Counted from the stretch's first letter, positions 1 to 12,755 are shown. The stretch is 64,000 nucleotides of DNA from Felis catus (GCF_018350175.1 NC_058368.1:168022001-168086000); one strand, 5' to 3'. Translations and numbers: made by a program. The notes: generated by a model not told the origin, from the letters alone.

Positions 1-230
1 AGCAAAAATAATATAAAAACAGGGAGGGGTACAAACCAGAAGAGACTCATAAATATGGAGAACAAACTGAGGGTTACTGGAGGGGTTGTGGGAGGGTTGT
101 AGGTAAGGGGCATTAAGGAATCTACTCCTGAAACCATTGTTGCACTATATGCTAACTAACTTGGATATAAATTAAAAAAATAAAATAAAATAAAATAAAA
201 TAAAATAAAACAAAGGAAAAGAAAAGAGAA
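1..230 (+). mobile_element. L1 (felid-type) 3' UTR end and (TAAAA)n tail, cut off by the window start
   Basis: Near-identical to the L1 3' ends at 29910-30110 and 58390-58580 (gaatctactcctgaaa...gttgcactatatgctaactaa), followed by an A-rich tail. Confidence 0.9.
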
Positions 231-240
231 AAGAAGTAGG

Positions 241-608
241 CTGGATGCCCTGTCAGAATGGTTAAAATTAACAACACAAGAAACAACAGGTGTTGGCATG
301 AATGCAGAGAAAGAGGAAACCTCTTACACTGCTGGTGGGAACGATGCAGTCACTCCAGAAAACAGTCTGGAAGTTCCTCAAAAAGCTAAAAATAGAACTA
401 CCCCATGATCCAGCAATTGCACTACCAGGTATTTACCCAAAGGATACAAAAATACAAATTCGAAGGGGAACATGTACCCCAATGTTTATAGCAGCCTTAT
501 CAATAATAGCCAAATTATGGAAAGAGCCGAAATGTCCACTGACTGATGAATGGACAAAGAAGATGCAGTATGTAGTTATGTATGTATATGTACATATTAT
601 CATATATA

Positions 609-666
<58 letters not shown>

Positions 667-1081
667 TATTACTCAGTCATCAAAAGGAAATAAATCTTGC
701 CATTTGCAATGATGTGAATGGAGCTAGAGTGTAGTCTGCTAAGTGAAATAAGTCAGGCAGAGAAAGACAATGCCATATGATTTCACTCATATGCGGAATC
801 TAAGAAACAAAACAGATGAACATATGAAAAGGGGGAAAAAGAGAGAGACAGAAAGAAAGAAACAAACCATAAGAGACTCTTTAGGATAGAAAACAAAAGG
901 AGGGTTAATGGAGGGAGGTGGGCAGGGGGATGGGCTAAATGGATGATGGGTATTAAGGAGGGCACTTGTTGGGTGTTGAACACTGGGTGTTACATGTATG
1001 TGATGAATCACTAAATTCTACTCCTGAAAACAATGTTACACTATATGTTAACTAACTCGAATTTAAATAAAAATGTGAAAA
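241..1081 (+). mobile_element. 5'-truncated carnivore L1 (ORF2 C-terminus and 3' UTR)
   Basis: ORF 302-712 reads [29 protein letters not shown]...MFIAAL (L1 ORF2 C-terminus). 12-bp TSD aaaagaagtagg at 229-240 and 1082-1093. Confidence 0.92.
570..663. repeat. (TA)n/(TG)n compound microsatellite inside L1
   Basis: Directly visible. Confidence 0.95.
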
Positions 1082-1191
1082 AAAAGAAGTAGGTTGTATG
1101 AAATGCCAATAAATTGGGTTCCACACAAAAGTAAGGTACATTCAGGAATAACTGAAAGTAGAGATAATGAAGTCCCTTTCTGTCTTCTTCC

Positions 1192-1274
1192 TTTTTTTTC
1201 TAATATAATTTATTGTCAAATTGGTTTCAACACCCAATGTTCATCCCAACAGATGCCCTCCTCAATGCCCATCA
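1192..1274 (-). mobile_element. Extremely 5'-truncated L1_Fc-type 3' tip
   Basis: Reverse complement matches the L1 end at 41230-41310. Imperfect 18-bp TSD ccctttctgtcttcttcc (1174-1191) / ccctctctgtctttttcc (1275-1292). Confidence 0.8.
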
Positions 1275-2771
1275 CCCTCTCTGTCTTTTTCCACTTCTCT
1301 CTCTAAATTGACTTCATTCTCTCAGAATCATTTTGTCCACAATGCAGAACCATGGCTGAGGAAGCTCTGGGCTCACACTCTCTCATTCTTTGTGCTGGAC
1401 TAGTGAGCTTGAGCTATATTTACAGTTGATCCAGAAAAATCACTCTCAGGAACACGACCTTAGAGGTTCAAAGCCAAACATATCTGATTTTGGGGAAGAT
1501 GGTGGAATGTGAACAGCAAAGGTCACATGGCTAGTCCTGGTCCAGCAGGAATTGTACTTCCTGGGTATGCTTACTTTTAGAAAGCTGGGTGCTTCCCAAA
1601 GAGACCAGTGGGAAACTTTTACTGAGTATCTTGACTATTTTGCTGAAAAATAATTTGTATAACAGGGCAGAGTGATCCTGAAACTCTCTCTGTGAGGGTC
1701 CTTTATAGAATTTTGGATATATTCCTGAAACAGGAAGTCTCAAGATATAATCGCTGATTCCTGATTAATAATAAAATATAAATAATATATTTCATGTTGT
1801 TTGATGTGATGAAAGGTATAGGGTGGAATTTCAGTGCTGTTAAAGAGAAGACATTCTTTACCTGTATTTTAATCCCCTATACAAGAACCAGAGAAAGTCA
1901 TTAGAGAAAAATAAAATAACCTCAAAATCAAAAATCCCATCATTATTAACCTCTGTTTGAAAAAGTTAAATGTGTAATTATAGGCTCACTGGGAAAACAT
2001 AACCAACGTGGTTATAAAAAACTGTATGGTTATTTTGTGGGTGCAAGCAATGAGGTTTTAAGGATTATCTCACAGGGGGGTTAGAAATGGCAAATTTGTG
2101 ATGTATCTTAGGTTGCATAAAGCTGGCTTGTCTCCTGTTTACTACCCAGCAATTGCAATGGGCCTAATTTACACAACAATTACTTAGAAGTAACTCCTTT
2201 GAAATGCATTGTGTGATTAATTGACTTGGCTTCAGGAATGTAATGTTGTTTCTACATTGTTGTTCAGTTCAACCTAATGCCCCCTAGAGCACTGATCCAA
2301 TTAAGAAACAAGGCAGGGAGGCAGATATTAAGCATAGTATTTCTATATTACACAGCACTTTGTACAGGATCGAACACCACCATCTACTGTCTGCAGGCAC
2401 TTGATTTATTCAGTGCATCCTTGTGACACTGGACATATGGCTCATGGAAATGAATAAATAGGATTTAAAGTAAGTATCTTAGAGAAAAATTAAAACCAGA
2501 TAAATTTAACTTATTGAAGCATGCTTTTAAAAATAAAACCCCGTGGGGAAACAAAAACAAACTATTGGGACTTCATCAAGATTAAAAGCTTCTGCACAGA
2601 GAAGGAAACAACCAACAAAACTAAAAGGCAAACTTCAGAATGGGAGAAGGTATTTGCAAATGGCATTTCTGATAAAGGCTAGCATCTAAAATATAAAGAA
2701 CGTAAAATATAAAGAACTTAATCAAATTCAACACCCAAAAAACAAACAATCCAGTTTAAAAATGGGTGGCT

Positions 2772-2909
2772 GGGTGCCTGGGTGGGTGGTTCAGCCAGTT
2801 AAGCATCCAACTCTGGATTTCGAGCTCAGGTCATGATCCCAGGGTTGTGTGATTGAGCCCTGCGTAGGGCTCTGTGCTAAGGGTGAAGCTGGCTTGAGAT
2901 TCTCTCCCT
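2772..2909 (+). mobile_element. Older Can-SINE lacking its tail, nested in L1
   Basis: gggtgcctgggt...ctcaggtcatgatcccagggt head. aaaatggg repeated at 2759-2766 and 2911-2918. Confidence 0.8.
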
Positions 2910-2944
2910 GAAAATGGGCAGAAGACATGAGTAGACATTTTTCT

Positions 2945-3146
2945 TTTTTATTTTTTTAACATTTATTTATTATTGAGAGAGAGACACACACACACAGAGC
3001 ATGAGCAGGGGAGGGGCAGAGAGAGGGGGAGACACAGAATCCGAAGCAGGCTCCAGGATCTGAGCTGTCAGCACAGAGAACTCACAAACTGCAAGATCAT
3101 GACCTGAGCTGAAGTCAGTTGCTCAACCGAGCCACCCAGGTGCCTC
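2945..3146 (-). mobile_element. Can-SINE nested in L1
   Basis: SINE body in reverse. 15-bp TSD agtagacatttttct at 2930-2944 and 3148-3162. Confidence 0.93.
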
Positions 3147-4789
3147 TAGTAGACATTTTTCTAAAGAAGACCTATAGATGGCCAACAGACACATGAAAAG
3201 ATGCTCAACAACACTCATCATCAGGGAAATACAAATCAAAATACAATGAGATATCACTCACACCTGTCAGAATGACTAAAATTAACAAAAAAGAAACAAC
3301 AGTGATGGGGAGGATGCACAGAAAGGGGAACCCTCTTACACTGTTGGTAGGAGTGCACTGGTGCGGCCACTCTGGAAAACAGTATGGAGGTTACTCAAAA
3401 AGTTAAAAATAGAACTACACTATGACCCAGTAACTGCACTGCTAGTTATTTATCCAAAGGATAAAAAAATACTGATTCAAAACGATACATGCATCTCAAT
3501 GTTTATAGCAGCGTTATCAACAATACCCAAATTGTGGAAAGAGAGCAAATGTCCATCAACAGATGAATGGACAAGGAAGATGTGGTGTATATACACAATG
3601 TAATATTACATACCCATTAAAAATGAAATCTTGCCATTTGCAATGATGTGGATGGAGGCAGAGCGTATAATGCTAATTGAAATAATCAGTTACAGAAAGG
3701 CAAATACCATATAATTTCACTCATGTGTGGAATTTCAGAAACAAAACAGGCAAATATAGGGGGAAAAAGTGAGGCAAAGCAGAAAACAGACTTTTAACCA
3801 TGGAAAACAAACTGGCAGGGGGATGGGTTAAATGGGTGACGGTTTTTAAAGAGGGCACTTGTTCTGATGAGCACTGGGTGTTGTATGTAAGTGATGAATC
3901 ACCAAGTTCTAATATTACGCTGTATGTTAACTAACTGGAACTTAAAAACTTGAAAAAAACAAAATGAAAATAAAAGCTTAACTACAGTTAAAACTTATTT
4001 TTCTCATAGAAGTAAAAAGGATAATGATCTGGCCTAAGGATTACTCCTGTCTGTAGTAAAAGAATTTTCTTCTGGCATTAGATGTCTCCAAACAAATTGC
4101 CATGGGGAAACAATTCTTAAATTCAACAAGGGTTTGCACTTCCCATTATTCTAAGAAGAAATCATCCACTTGGTTAGTAGAGACAAAGTCTGGACTCAGC
4201 AGAGTCACATACCAAATGCCCATGCAACACAACCTTTGCATTTTGGTAAGTTAGGGACCTGCCTGCTAAGACTGCCTTCTCTAAGATAAAAAACCATACG
4301 CAGTCACAGGGTCTCCTTATAATCCTATGTTCAGATAGTACTCAAGCTTTGCCTGGCAAATAATGTCCAAGTCATTCCCCCAGGCCCTGCTCCATCTGTA
4401 CCCAGCCTCCCTTCCTTTTCTCTCTTCTCCAACTAACTTTCCACTCTACCTGCTTAAACTTCAGCACCCTCTGGGCTGTAACATCATCAAGAAGAAAAAG
4501 CTTAAGGCCACTCTCAATTCTAGATACAGCTTGAGGAAAGAGGCTTCCTGGTATAACACATCTCCAGTATTACCAGGGAAGAGCCCCAGAGGATGAGAAA
4601 ACCTGAAACCAGAAGCACACAGTCTACCTCTATCCGTACCATCTGACCCTGGGAAAGATACTCAGTGTCTCAGAGCCGGTTACATATTTAAATATGGAGA
4701 CATTTGTAAAATGAGGAGGGTGATAGAGGATTTCCCAAAATTTCCTCTGGTACCAAAACACTACTGCTGTAACGTAGAAAGACAGTGGT

Positions 4790-4990
4790 TTCATCATGTT
4801 CTGTAGGCTCACATTGCTTGGTTCAAATCTCACCTTCATCACTTCCTAATGGTAGATGTCTAGTTTCTCATTTCCAAAATGGCAAGAAACCTCATAGCAT
4901 TGTCATGAAAATTAAACTACTTAATATTATTGGTAAGTGCCTAGAATAGTACCTGACACATAGTAAGTACTCAATATATGGTAGTTGTTC
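4790..4990 (+). mobile_element. MIR (ancient SINE)
   Basis: Degenerate core (gtttctcatttccaaaatgg) and tail (cctgacacatagtaagtactcaata). Confidence 0.65.
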
Positions 4991-7589
4991 TCCTTGTTAC
5001 TCTAAAAATTTCCAACCAAAGACAGGTGTACAAGGAGACACCTGACTTGCTGCTTCTGTCTCACAGTAGACAAAATTCCACATAACAGCAATCTCTTCTA
5101 CTTATGTCACATTTTCTTATCTCCAGTTGAAGAAATATTCCTTCATATTCTGCAATGTGCTCTAAGAACATGAACCCCCGTGACAACCCAAAGTGATCTA
5201 CAAATTCCTGTTAGCAAAACATCAGAATAATAATAATAATGAAAACAAAAATATCATATAATAGCATTGTTGTTTTCTCTCCAGTACCCTTTGCAAAATT
5301 TATTTCCAACCTTTGATAAACAGATTGAACTATGCTATGACTGGATCATCTTTGGTCAAAAGTATTAAGAAAAGACTGTGGAGCAAAAGTGAAAATAGCT
5401 GAATTCTTGCAATACCTAGCAGGAAGTGGAGCCTTTCAGCAATATCTGGATAATAAAATTTGTTATTTAGAGAAATATTGCACTTGTAAGTCAGCTATTT
5501 GGATTTGTTTAGGAAGCAACATTATACATCAGTATTGCCAAAATTTTATGGAATTAATGCATTAATTTGTCTTTGCCCATGACTGAAGGTGGGGGGGATA
5601 CAATGAAAAATATAATCTTATAATAATGTTTAAGAAGGTATAAAATGTGAAAAATCTTTAAATGGTAGAAAACATCCACCAAATGACTGTTTTGGGAAGA
5701 GGAAAATAAAGCAAAAAACACCCCTCTCCGTGGCTTTTCCTTCACTTTTACCTCAGAAAACACATGCACACACGCACGCACGCACATACCTTAAGGTAAC
5801 AGCTACTTTGATCATGCACACAGGAATAAACATTTTCCATTCCTTCCCCAGTTCCACAAGTACTCACAAAACATTACTCTCTAGGATTTTCCCATTTGTG
5901 AAACAAAGCATCAGTCTCATTGTTTATGAAACCATTAGACTATACTTAGCTTAAAGCATACTGGAAATGTAAATGTTCTCATAAAATAAGATTACACATG
6001 AACAAAAATATAAAAAACGTAACTGCACCAAACAAAACAGAGCAGGCAGTCATATATTGGGACCTGGACCTTGAGTCCTGACCAAATTTCCATAATTTGG
6101 AGACCAGTGCTTAGTATCATCCATGTAAAGGATCTGACTGACAGCGAAGAAAGGGGGAAAAAAAAAAGCAACTTTGCAAATGGAAAATAGTCTCAGACTG
6201 ATTTTCATAAGAAAGGTGGAAAACTCACTGTGTTTAATCGTTTCTACTTAGCAAAGAATTTATCTTTCATATTCTTATAAAGTGGCTTTCTTCTGTGTTA
6301 TCAATAAAAACTAACACTGACCTTCCTCCTGGAAGGTTAAACTTCTAGCTTCTGTTTGAAACGCTAGAGTGCCTTTTCTCAGAAGAAATGCTACATATAC
6401 GTGCCGCAAGCAATGAGAAAGAATACACCATCTCTCCGACCCTTCATTAGTCAGAGGATCTTGGCAACAGCAATGCTACTTGTATACGGTCTCTGCATGA
6501 AAAACTGTTTTCAAAGGTAACCTTGCCAAGGGCTATGTTCTGTCTTGGCAAAAGGAAGCAAACTTTACTTTTCTACCAATCGGTTTGCTCTGCATGAGAA
6601 ACAGGTGTTAAGGTATGAAACGGGGCTCGGAGCAGTAGCAAAATAAAACTCACCCAAAATAAGTTTCATCTGGAAAAAAATACAACTCAGATAATAAGCC
6701 TGCAGGGCCGACATGTTTTTGCAAAATGCAAATCATGAAAACTGGTTAAGGGATTAAATGCTCTTTTGCAAAAATGACCATGGAGATTATAATCATTAAT
6801 TAAAATCATGTAAATAATTTTCTGAAAGAACTCTCCCTTTTTATCTCACAGGTTTCAAACAGCCTAATGGTAAAAAGGTTTAGTCTCAGAAGACATTCTC
6901 TAATTAAAACCAGAAATCTGGTATAATTAATAAGTGTCAGTCTGCAATCTCAACCACTTAGTAAAGGCAGAGAAATCAAATGCTGATATTTTTGTAAAAA
7001 CTCCAATAAAACCTCCAAGAAAATGAAATTTTTTATAGAGTCTACTTCCTATCTATACAATAGGTGTCCCAAACGGGACTAGGAACTTGTTAAGTGGATA
7101 AATATTTTAACACTTACAATTCCTATATGTCAGTTTTATTCATTTTTCTTTTCTCTTTGGCCCCAGGAACAGACCACAGCTAAGTCTCTCAGCATCTTCT
7201 CTACCTCTGCCACTGGACTATGCTCCTGCATTCAGGCAGAGTGGTCCCGGGACTATGCCTGAGCTCTCCTAGCACATACATGATACTCCTTCCAGCTCTG
7301 GCCTGGGTGGTATGCAGACACAGGTCCCTGACCTTGGCTGCCTGCTACTACCAGAGGTCAACCAGAGGGAAGAGCCTGTGGTAGGCTGAAGATAGCAAAG
7401 AGAATCCCAGAGAATGGAGCTGGAGCTGCTGGATTAAGGAAACTGGGAAGGCCACCTGACCTCTGGGTCTCTGTTTGCATGAGCCAATGAAGTTTCTGAC
7501 CGAAGTGACTGTAGCTGCTTACAACAAAGAATTCAAACCAATATAAGTATATATAAAGCATTCGATTCAAATATGTGGAAAATTACATG

Positions 7590-7765
7590 ACAGTAACGTT
7601 AGAGACAAATGAGCTGCTCAGATCCTCCTTCCAGCAACGGCTTGCTGCCAAGTTTGGGGCATCGGCAGCACCAGACTCAGATGCTGGCCTCTGCCACAGG
7701 GTCGACCTCCCTGTAGACAGCCACTTCGCCTAAGCAGCAGTCTGCGATGGTGGCTGAGCAGGGGG

Positions 7766-7797
<32 letters not shown>

Positions 7798-8036
7798 AGG
7801 GGGGGGAGACATCAAGAGCCACCCATTCAGCCCTAAGCAGGACACCTGGACAGAAAATGCTGACTCCGGAACTCCCTGCAGGGCTGGCCAAGACCTTCCT
7901 ACGGCTGCATCAGTTTGAATTTTCCCTCAGCCCAAGCCTTCCTGCATGCTTCCTTTCACAAGGCTTGATCCCTAATACACACCTTAGACCCTGACCTCCA
8001 TCTCAGTGCCTGCAGCCAAAGAACCCCACAGTGACA
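7590..8036 (+). mobile_element. ERVL solo LTR, LTR16-like
   Basis: GC-rich block ending ctccatctcagtgcctgc...gaaccccacagtgaca, which resembles the LTR16 3' end as I recall it. 5' boundary uncertain. Confidence 0.6.
7761..7806 (+). repeat. Poly-G tract (G30 at 7767-7796 plus flanking G runs)
   Basis: Directly visible. Confidence 0.95.
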
Positions 8037-8729
8037 GACACAGTCTCTATCCAAGTGAGCATTACAACATATTGTTAACAAAGTAAGACAAGAGCATAAA
8101 AACAAGTATATATGTGAAACCATATGAGGAAAATCCTCACCAAATCTCTACAAACAAAACGTACAACATAGATTCTCTTCTGTCCCACCTCAGCCTCTCA
8201 TTTTCCAAACTTTCTTTGATAATACAAATTCCTTCAGGCACATGTAGAAGAAATCTTCATAAGGGAGAAAGGCATTATTTAATAAATTGGATTAATACTA
8301 TTAAGTTAGCTGGGAACCTACTTAAAATCGACAAGGCTATGAGCAATGTGATATTTCCCATGAGTCACCAGTTTTGCTTTTTTTAGTCACTCTGAATGTT
8401 GCAATGATAACCTTTTTTCTCATTATTGCTGTTTTTTATTAAAGGGGATTTGATGTATAATTTGGGTAAGATTTAAGTATTTAGGTGATGGCAAATAGAT
8501 GTTTTCAATCAAAACTTGCTGTGAAGCAAATTTCTTTTAAGTGAATCCTATTTTTTTAATTAACTGCCATTATAAGAGATCAATTGAACAATAAAAAGAT
8601 CACACCTGGGAATGAAGGTTTTCTTTAAAACGAATATAAAGATATAAACAACTTCGATAAAACAACCCCAATTTAGGGATTCTATCCTCATTGCCTCATC
8701 AAAACATTTCTTGCTCTAGACACCAAAGA

Positions 8730-9275
8730 CATTCACAGCACAACCCCATGGACACTCGTTAATCCTGTCCTACAGACTTAATTTTCTGAAGTATTATCAC
8801 TCCGTTGGCAATTCTCTCGAACATCTACCACATAACACTCTTGGCTTCCCTCTCACCGTTCTCCTTTTCCTGTACACTTTCCAGGCTCGTTCCCTTCCGT
8901 GCAGTCATGAAAAGACATCACTTCAAGCTTGGTCCAAGGACCTTAGCCCCCTCTCATTCTATAAGCAATCCTCAGTGTCCACACCATACCATGGTTCTAA
9001 AGCAGCATCCATCCAGAGATACACATAATCCACTCATACACAGACCACTCACAGAACACTTCAGATAAATGCCTCAAAAGCACCTCCAGTTCCACATGCC
9101 AAAGACTAAACTCCTAACTGCCATTCTCCCAAGTTGCCTATCTCAGGGAATGGTGCTACGGTTCATCCTATAATGAAAAACCAGAATCAAATAGCCTTAG
9201 TGACATCTCCCTCTAGTTCACTGTCTCCCCACATCCAAATCCATCATCAAGTACTGGTGGTTCAGCCTCAAAAAT
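8730..9275 (+). mobile_element. L2 LINE fragment
   Basis: C-rich degenerate L2 motifs (ctatctcagggaatgg, ccccacatccaaatccatcatcaagt). Confidence 0.65.
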
Positions 9276-9289
9276 TTTCACATGATGAT

Positions 9290-9415
9290 AAGTTCTTCAC
9301 ATTTATTTTTCCAGCATGTGAAAACATAAAAAGCCACTTTTAGCTCTTGGGCCAATTTTAGCTCACAAGCAGTGAGGTGGATTTGACCAATGGGCTGTAG
9401 TTTGCTGACCTGGGT
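9290..9415 (+). mobile_element. hAT-Charlie MITE fragment, MER58A-like
   Basis: 3' end ggatttgaccaatgggctgtagtttgctgacc resembles the MER58 terminus. Confidence 0.6.
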
Positions 9416-9748
9416 CTTGTAAGATACACTAGGGGGTTCTCAAAACCGCATGCCTTACTAAGTTTATATTACATGAGGGTTTCTTAAGGGATTTTCAAAT
9501 GTCTGCTTCTATTTTGTAGGTTGTTACACATTAACACAACACACAACACTCTCTCTCTCTCTCTCTCTCTTCTTTATATACTAAAATAACCAATGAATTA
9601 ACTTGTGCCACCAAGTTTTCTTTTTTGCTCCAGTGCGGGAAGGGGAGTCTGCTTAAAGGAATTTCTTCTCTTGCCATCTTGATTTAACTGAAGACTATCA
9701 TAAGGTGACATCAGCAAAGCAAACTATTAAAACCAAACAAAACCTTAC

Positions 9749-9801
9749 CATGTAAAACTATTTATCTGTGTGAGTCAAGATTTTTCTCTGAAATGTGCAA
9801 C
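9749..9801 (-). other. Candidate 53-nt internal non-coding (5' UTR or lncRNA) exon of an unidentified minus-strand gene
   Basis: Minus strand reads ttcttttctgtattttgttcag|GTTGCAC...TTTACATG|gtaagg: strong acceptor and donor in unique sequence. All three frames contain stops and the exon ends in ATG. Confidence 0.5.
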
Positions 9802-12517
9802 CTGAACAAAATACAGAAAAGAATTGAAAGCTGAGGCTAACATTGTATTGCAACTGCTATCCAAAGCATATAATTTAAAACTAATAGCAATCACAAGAGT
9901 AATTAACATTTATCGAGTCCTTACTATGAGCCAACCCCTTTGCTACTTATTTAAATTCTTTGGTTCATTTAAATACCCTTGCTTTTTAAATATTTTCTTG
10001 AGTAAATATCATATACATCTGAACTTGTACAACAAAATCAGAGCACAAAAAAACCCACATTTCTCTGTCTTCTGTGTTGGCATTTTGCATAAAACTTCAC
10101 TTGGGAAGGGAAGCCTGTATTTTTCCTTTAATATGCTACCCACTTTGACACTTTATTGCATATTCTTATTATTTGCTGCTCTGCTGTTTGCTTTATATAA
10201 ACCTTGCTCCTTCTAGGATCAGGCTGTCCTTGAGGACAGGCATCAGGCCTTATGCGTTTTCTCCCACTCTTTATGCTAACTCTTCACTCCTTACACACAA
10301 AGCCTGTATCCCACATACTCCCCTAAAACAGGGCTTAGCACACAGCAGGTCCCTAAGAAATGAACTACTGCTTATGCATGTGAATTGTTAACATAATTTG
10401 TGAATTCTTCAGTTGTACATTTTGTTTAAATGCATTTCAGTTAAACTGAGGTGCATATAAAAATTCTTGTAAATTTTTAATAAACTCTAATCCTTATATT
10501 ACAGATCAGAATATATGTGGGTAGCAAAATAAAATATTTAGTTTTGGAAAAGCAAAAAAAAAATCTGTAACAACTTGTTTTCTTTTGTTAATTTATGTGT
10601 CAAACTCTCCTGTCCAGAAAACACAATGCCCCTCCTACGTTTATACTCTGGCATTAGCTTTGCAATCTGCTAGGCTGGAAAAAAAAGTGTGACTCTGGAC
10701 ACAATTAGTTCCATATATTACTTTACAAACTAAAATTTATTTGAATGTGCCAACAAAAGTTAATCAGTGTCTTTTTTTGCAATGAAAAATCAGAGAACCT
10801 CTACAAAGCCTCTACCTCGTACACTTGGACCAGGCTATCTGAACTCTTCCTAATGACTGTCACACGCCAGAGAGAGGTAGGTATTCACAATGACAATAGC
10901 TAAATGAGACAAAGCATTGGTCTTGAAAATCTAGAGGGTGAGGCTGGAGCTGAGTGGGTCTGTATTTATATAAATATGAAATTTACAGAATTTGGAATTA
11001 TTTTCTTTTCATTGCCAAGAAACATTTAAACGTCTCATTAAAGGCTTTCCCCTACATAAGTACACAAACAGGTCTTTTCAATTACATACCTGAGGGATGA
11101 ATATTTCCCAAAGGGAAGAAAATGAAAACAAGCAGTAACTACTGGATTTGTGCATACTGTTAAGATGTATTACATATTTTAGAAAACTTGATCACTTTTG
11201 TTTTGTTTTAAAGAAAGAAAAGACTATGAATTGAGGAATTTAATTAGAGTATGTTCTCTTCAATTCCCAAACTAAATAAGTATATAATCAATCTGTGAGA
11301 TAATTACGTGGAGAATCAGCAATGGAGAGCAAAATAAAACATTTCTAAACCATTTACTTAGACAAATGATAAAGTATTTAATAATTACATTTTTAACCTC
11401 ACACACACAGACCTCTTCACACACATACTCCTCCCCAGTACCACTGGTCATGCATACTTCCAGGTATCCTTTTAGGGAGACTCATTTAAAATTTGGTTTT
11501 TATAATTTGTTAAAATTTTTAAAATTTTATAATTTGTTAAAATATTCCACTGTTGAAAAGATTCCTTTTTTTTTCATATTTTACATGGCATAGTCAACTT
11601 TTATGATAATAATCCCACTTAAAATCTTAGTCTACTTTAAAAAAATTAAATGCAGTAGTTTAGCACAGTTACTATCTTCCTTCACCTGGAACTACTGCCC
11701 TTGTGAGTTTTATAAGAAAACTCAGTCCTTCACCACGCCCCACAGCATTTTGCCAGTAATTTACTAAGAAACAGCAAAACTTTATGAGAAAGCAAAGTTG
11801 AATCCACTGATGGGGAGCATTAAAATGATTACTAAAGAAGATTTGCTTTGAATTTCTAATAAGGAATTCATCTTGAAATGTATCCAAAAGCTGAAAAGGC
11901 AATTTACACTGCCAGATATTCCCTAGGGGTCACCAATGAAAAAATATTATATCATACAGTGTTTAGCGTCTTAGCGTCCTAGAATAATTTCCTTTACTCC
12001 CCATTCAAGTTCACAATCCCACACTGACAGTTTTTAACATCTTTTGATTTAGTAATTTTACTGCATTTATATTTGCAATGATTATATGCAGACCTGAGAG
12101 TTAAGTGGGTGGATCTGTCTAAGGGTAAGGACAATAGAATAAGATTTAAAATCTTTAACTCAGTAGGGTGTCTATGTTTTATTCTAATGCCTAACTTTAT
12201 TTCAAGATGTAATGTAAATGTATGATAATGTGGAAAGAAAGGAGCACGATGTTTAAAAAATCAAAGCCATCAAGTACTTAGAAAGCCACAGATTCAGGAT
12301 GCTAGAGCCAGAACACATCTGCATGTACTATAATCCTTAATTTTAGATGTCCATATTCCCCTTTGTAGTTCTTTGAACACTCGGTGTGCCAACATAGCAT
12401 AAAGTCAATGGTTTAAACATCAAAATCTGTACTTGCACATAGTATGCTCTCTAAAGGCTGCACAGCCAAGACCCCTGGGCCCAGAAACTTAAAATGATTA
12501 CTAGAACACAGGTATAA

Positions 12518-12755
12518 GGGGCGCGTGGGTGGCGCAGTCGGTTAAGCGTCCGACTTCAGCCAGGTCACGATCTCGCGGTCTGTGAGTTCGAGCCCCGCGT
12601 CGGGCTCTGGGCTGATGGCTCAGAGCCTGGAGCCTGTTTCCGATTCTGTGTCTCCCTCTCTCTCTGCTCCTCCCCCCCCCCCCCCCCCCCCCCCGTTCAT
12701 GCTCTGGCTCTCTCTGTCCCAAAAATAAATAAATGTTGAAAAAAAAATTTAAAAA
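12518..12755 (+). mobile_element. Young felid SINEC_Fc
   Basis: CpG-rich body ggtggcgcagtcggttaagcgtccgacttcagccaggtcacgatctcgcgg. Perfect 15-bp TSD agaacacaggtataa at 12503-12517 and 12756-12770. C23 run at 12672-12694. Confidence 0.96.

Larger units (their letters stand above)
2547..3965 (+). mobile_element. 5'-truncated carnivore L1 (decayed ORF2 3' part and 3' UTR) interrupted by two SINEs
   Basis: ORF2 motifs such as [21 protein letters not shown] (ORF 3361-3603). L1 sequence continues across both SINE insertions. Confidence 0.9.

Noticed and set aside
5042..5207. Minus-strand acceptor ttttgctaacag| followed by a 48-codon open frame (EFVDHFGLSRG...)
   Set aside because: No strong matching donor and no recognisable peptide, so it cannot be separated from chance
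6852..6869. Plus-strand 18-nt microexon-like string (ctcacag|GTTTCAAACAGCCTAATG|gtaaaa)
   Set aside because: Weak donor, and on the strand opposite the repeat-orientation evidence
7618..7845. Polyproline ORF
   Set aside because: It is produced by the poly-G run read on the minus strand inside an LTR remnant
12518..12610. tRNA-like A/B boxes in SINE heads as tRNA genes
   Set aside because: They are followed by CT-rich and poly-A tails with TSDs, so they are tRNA-derived SINEs
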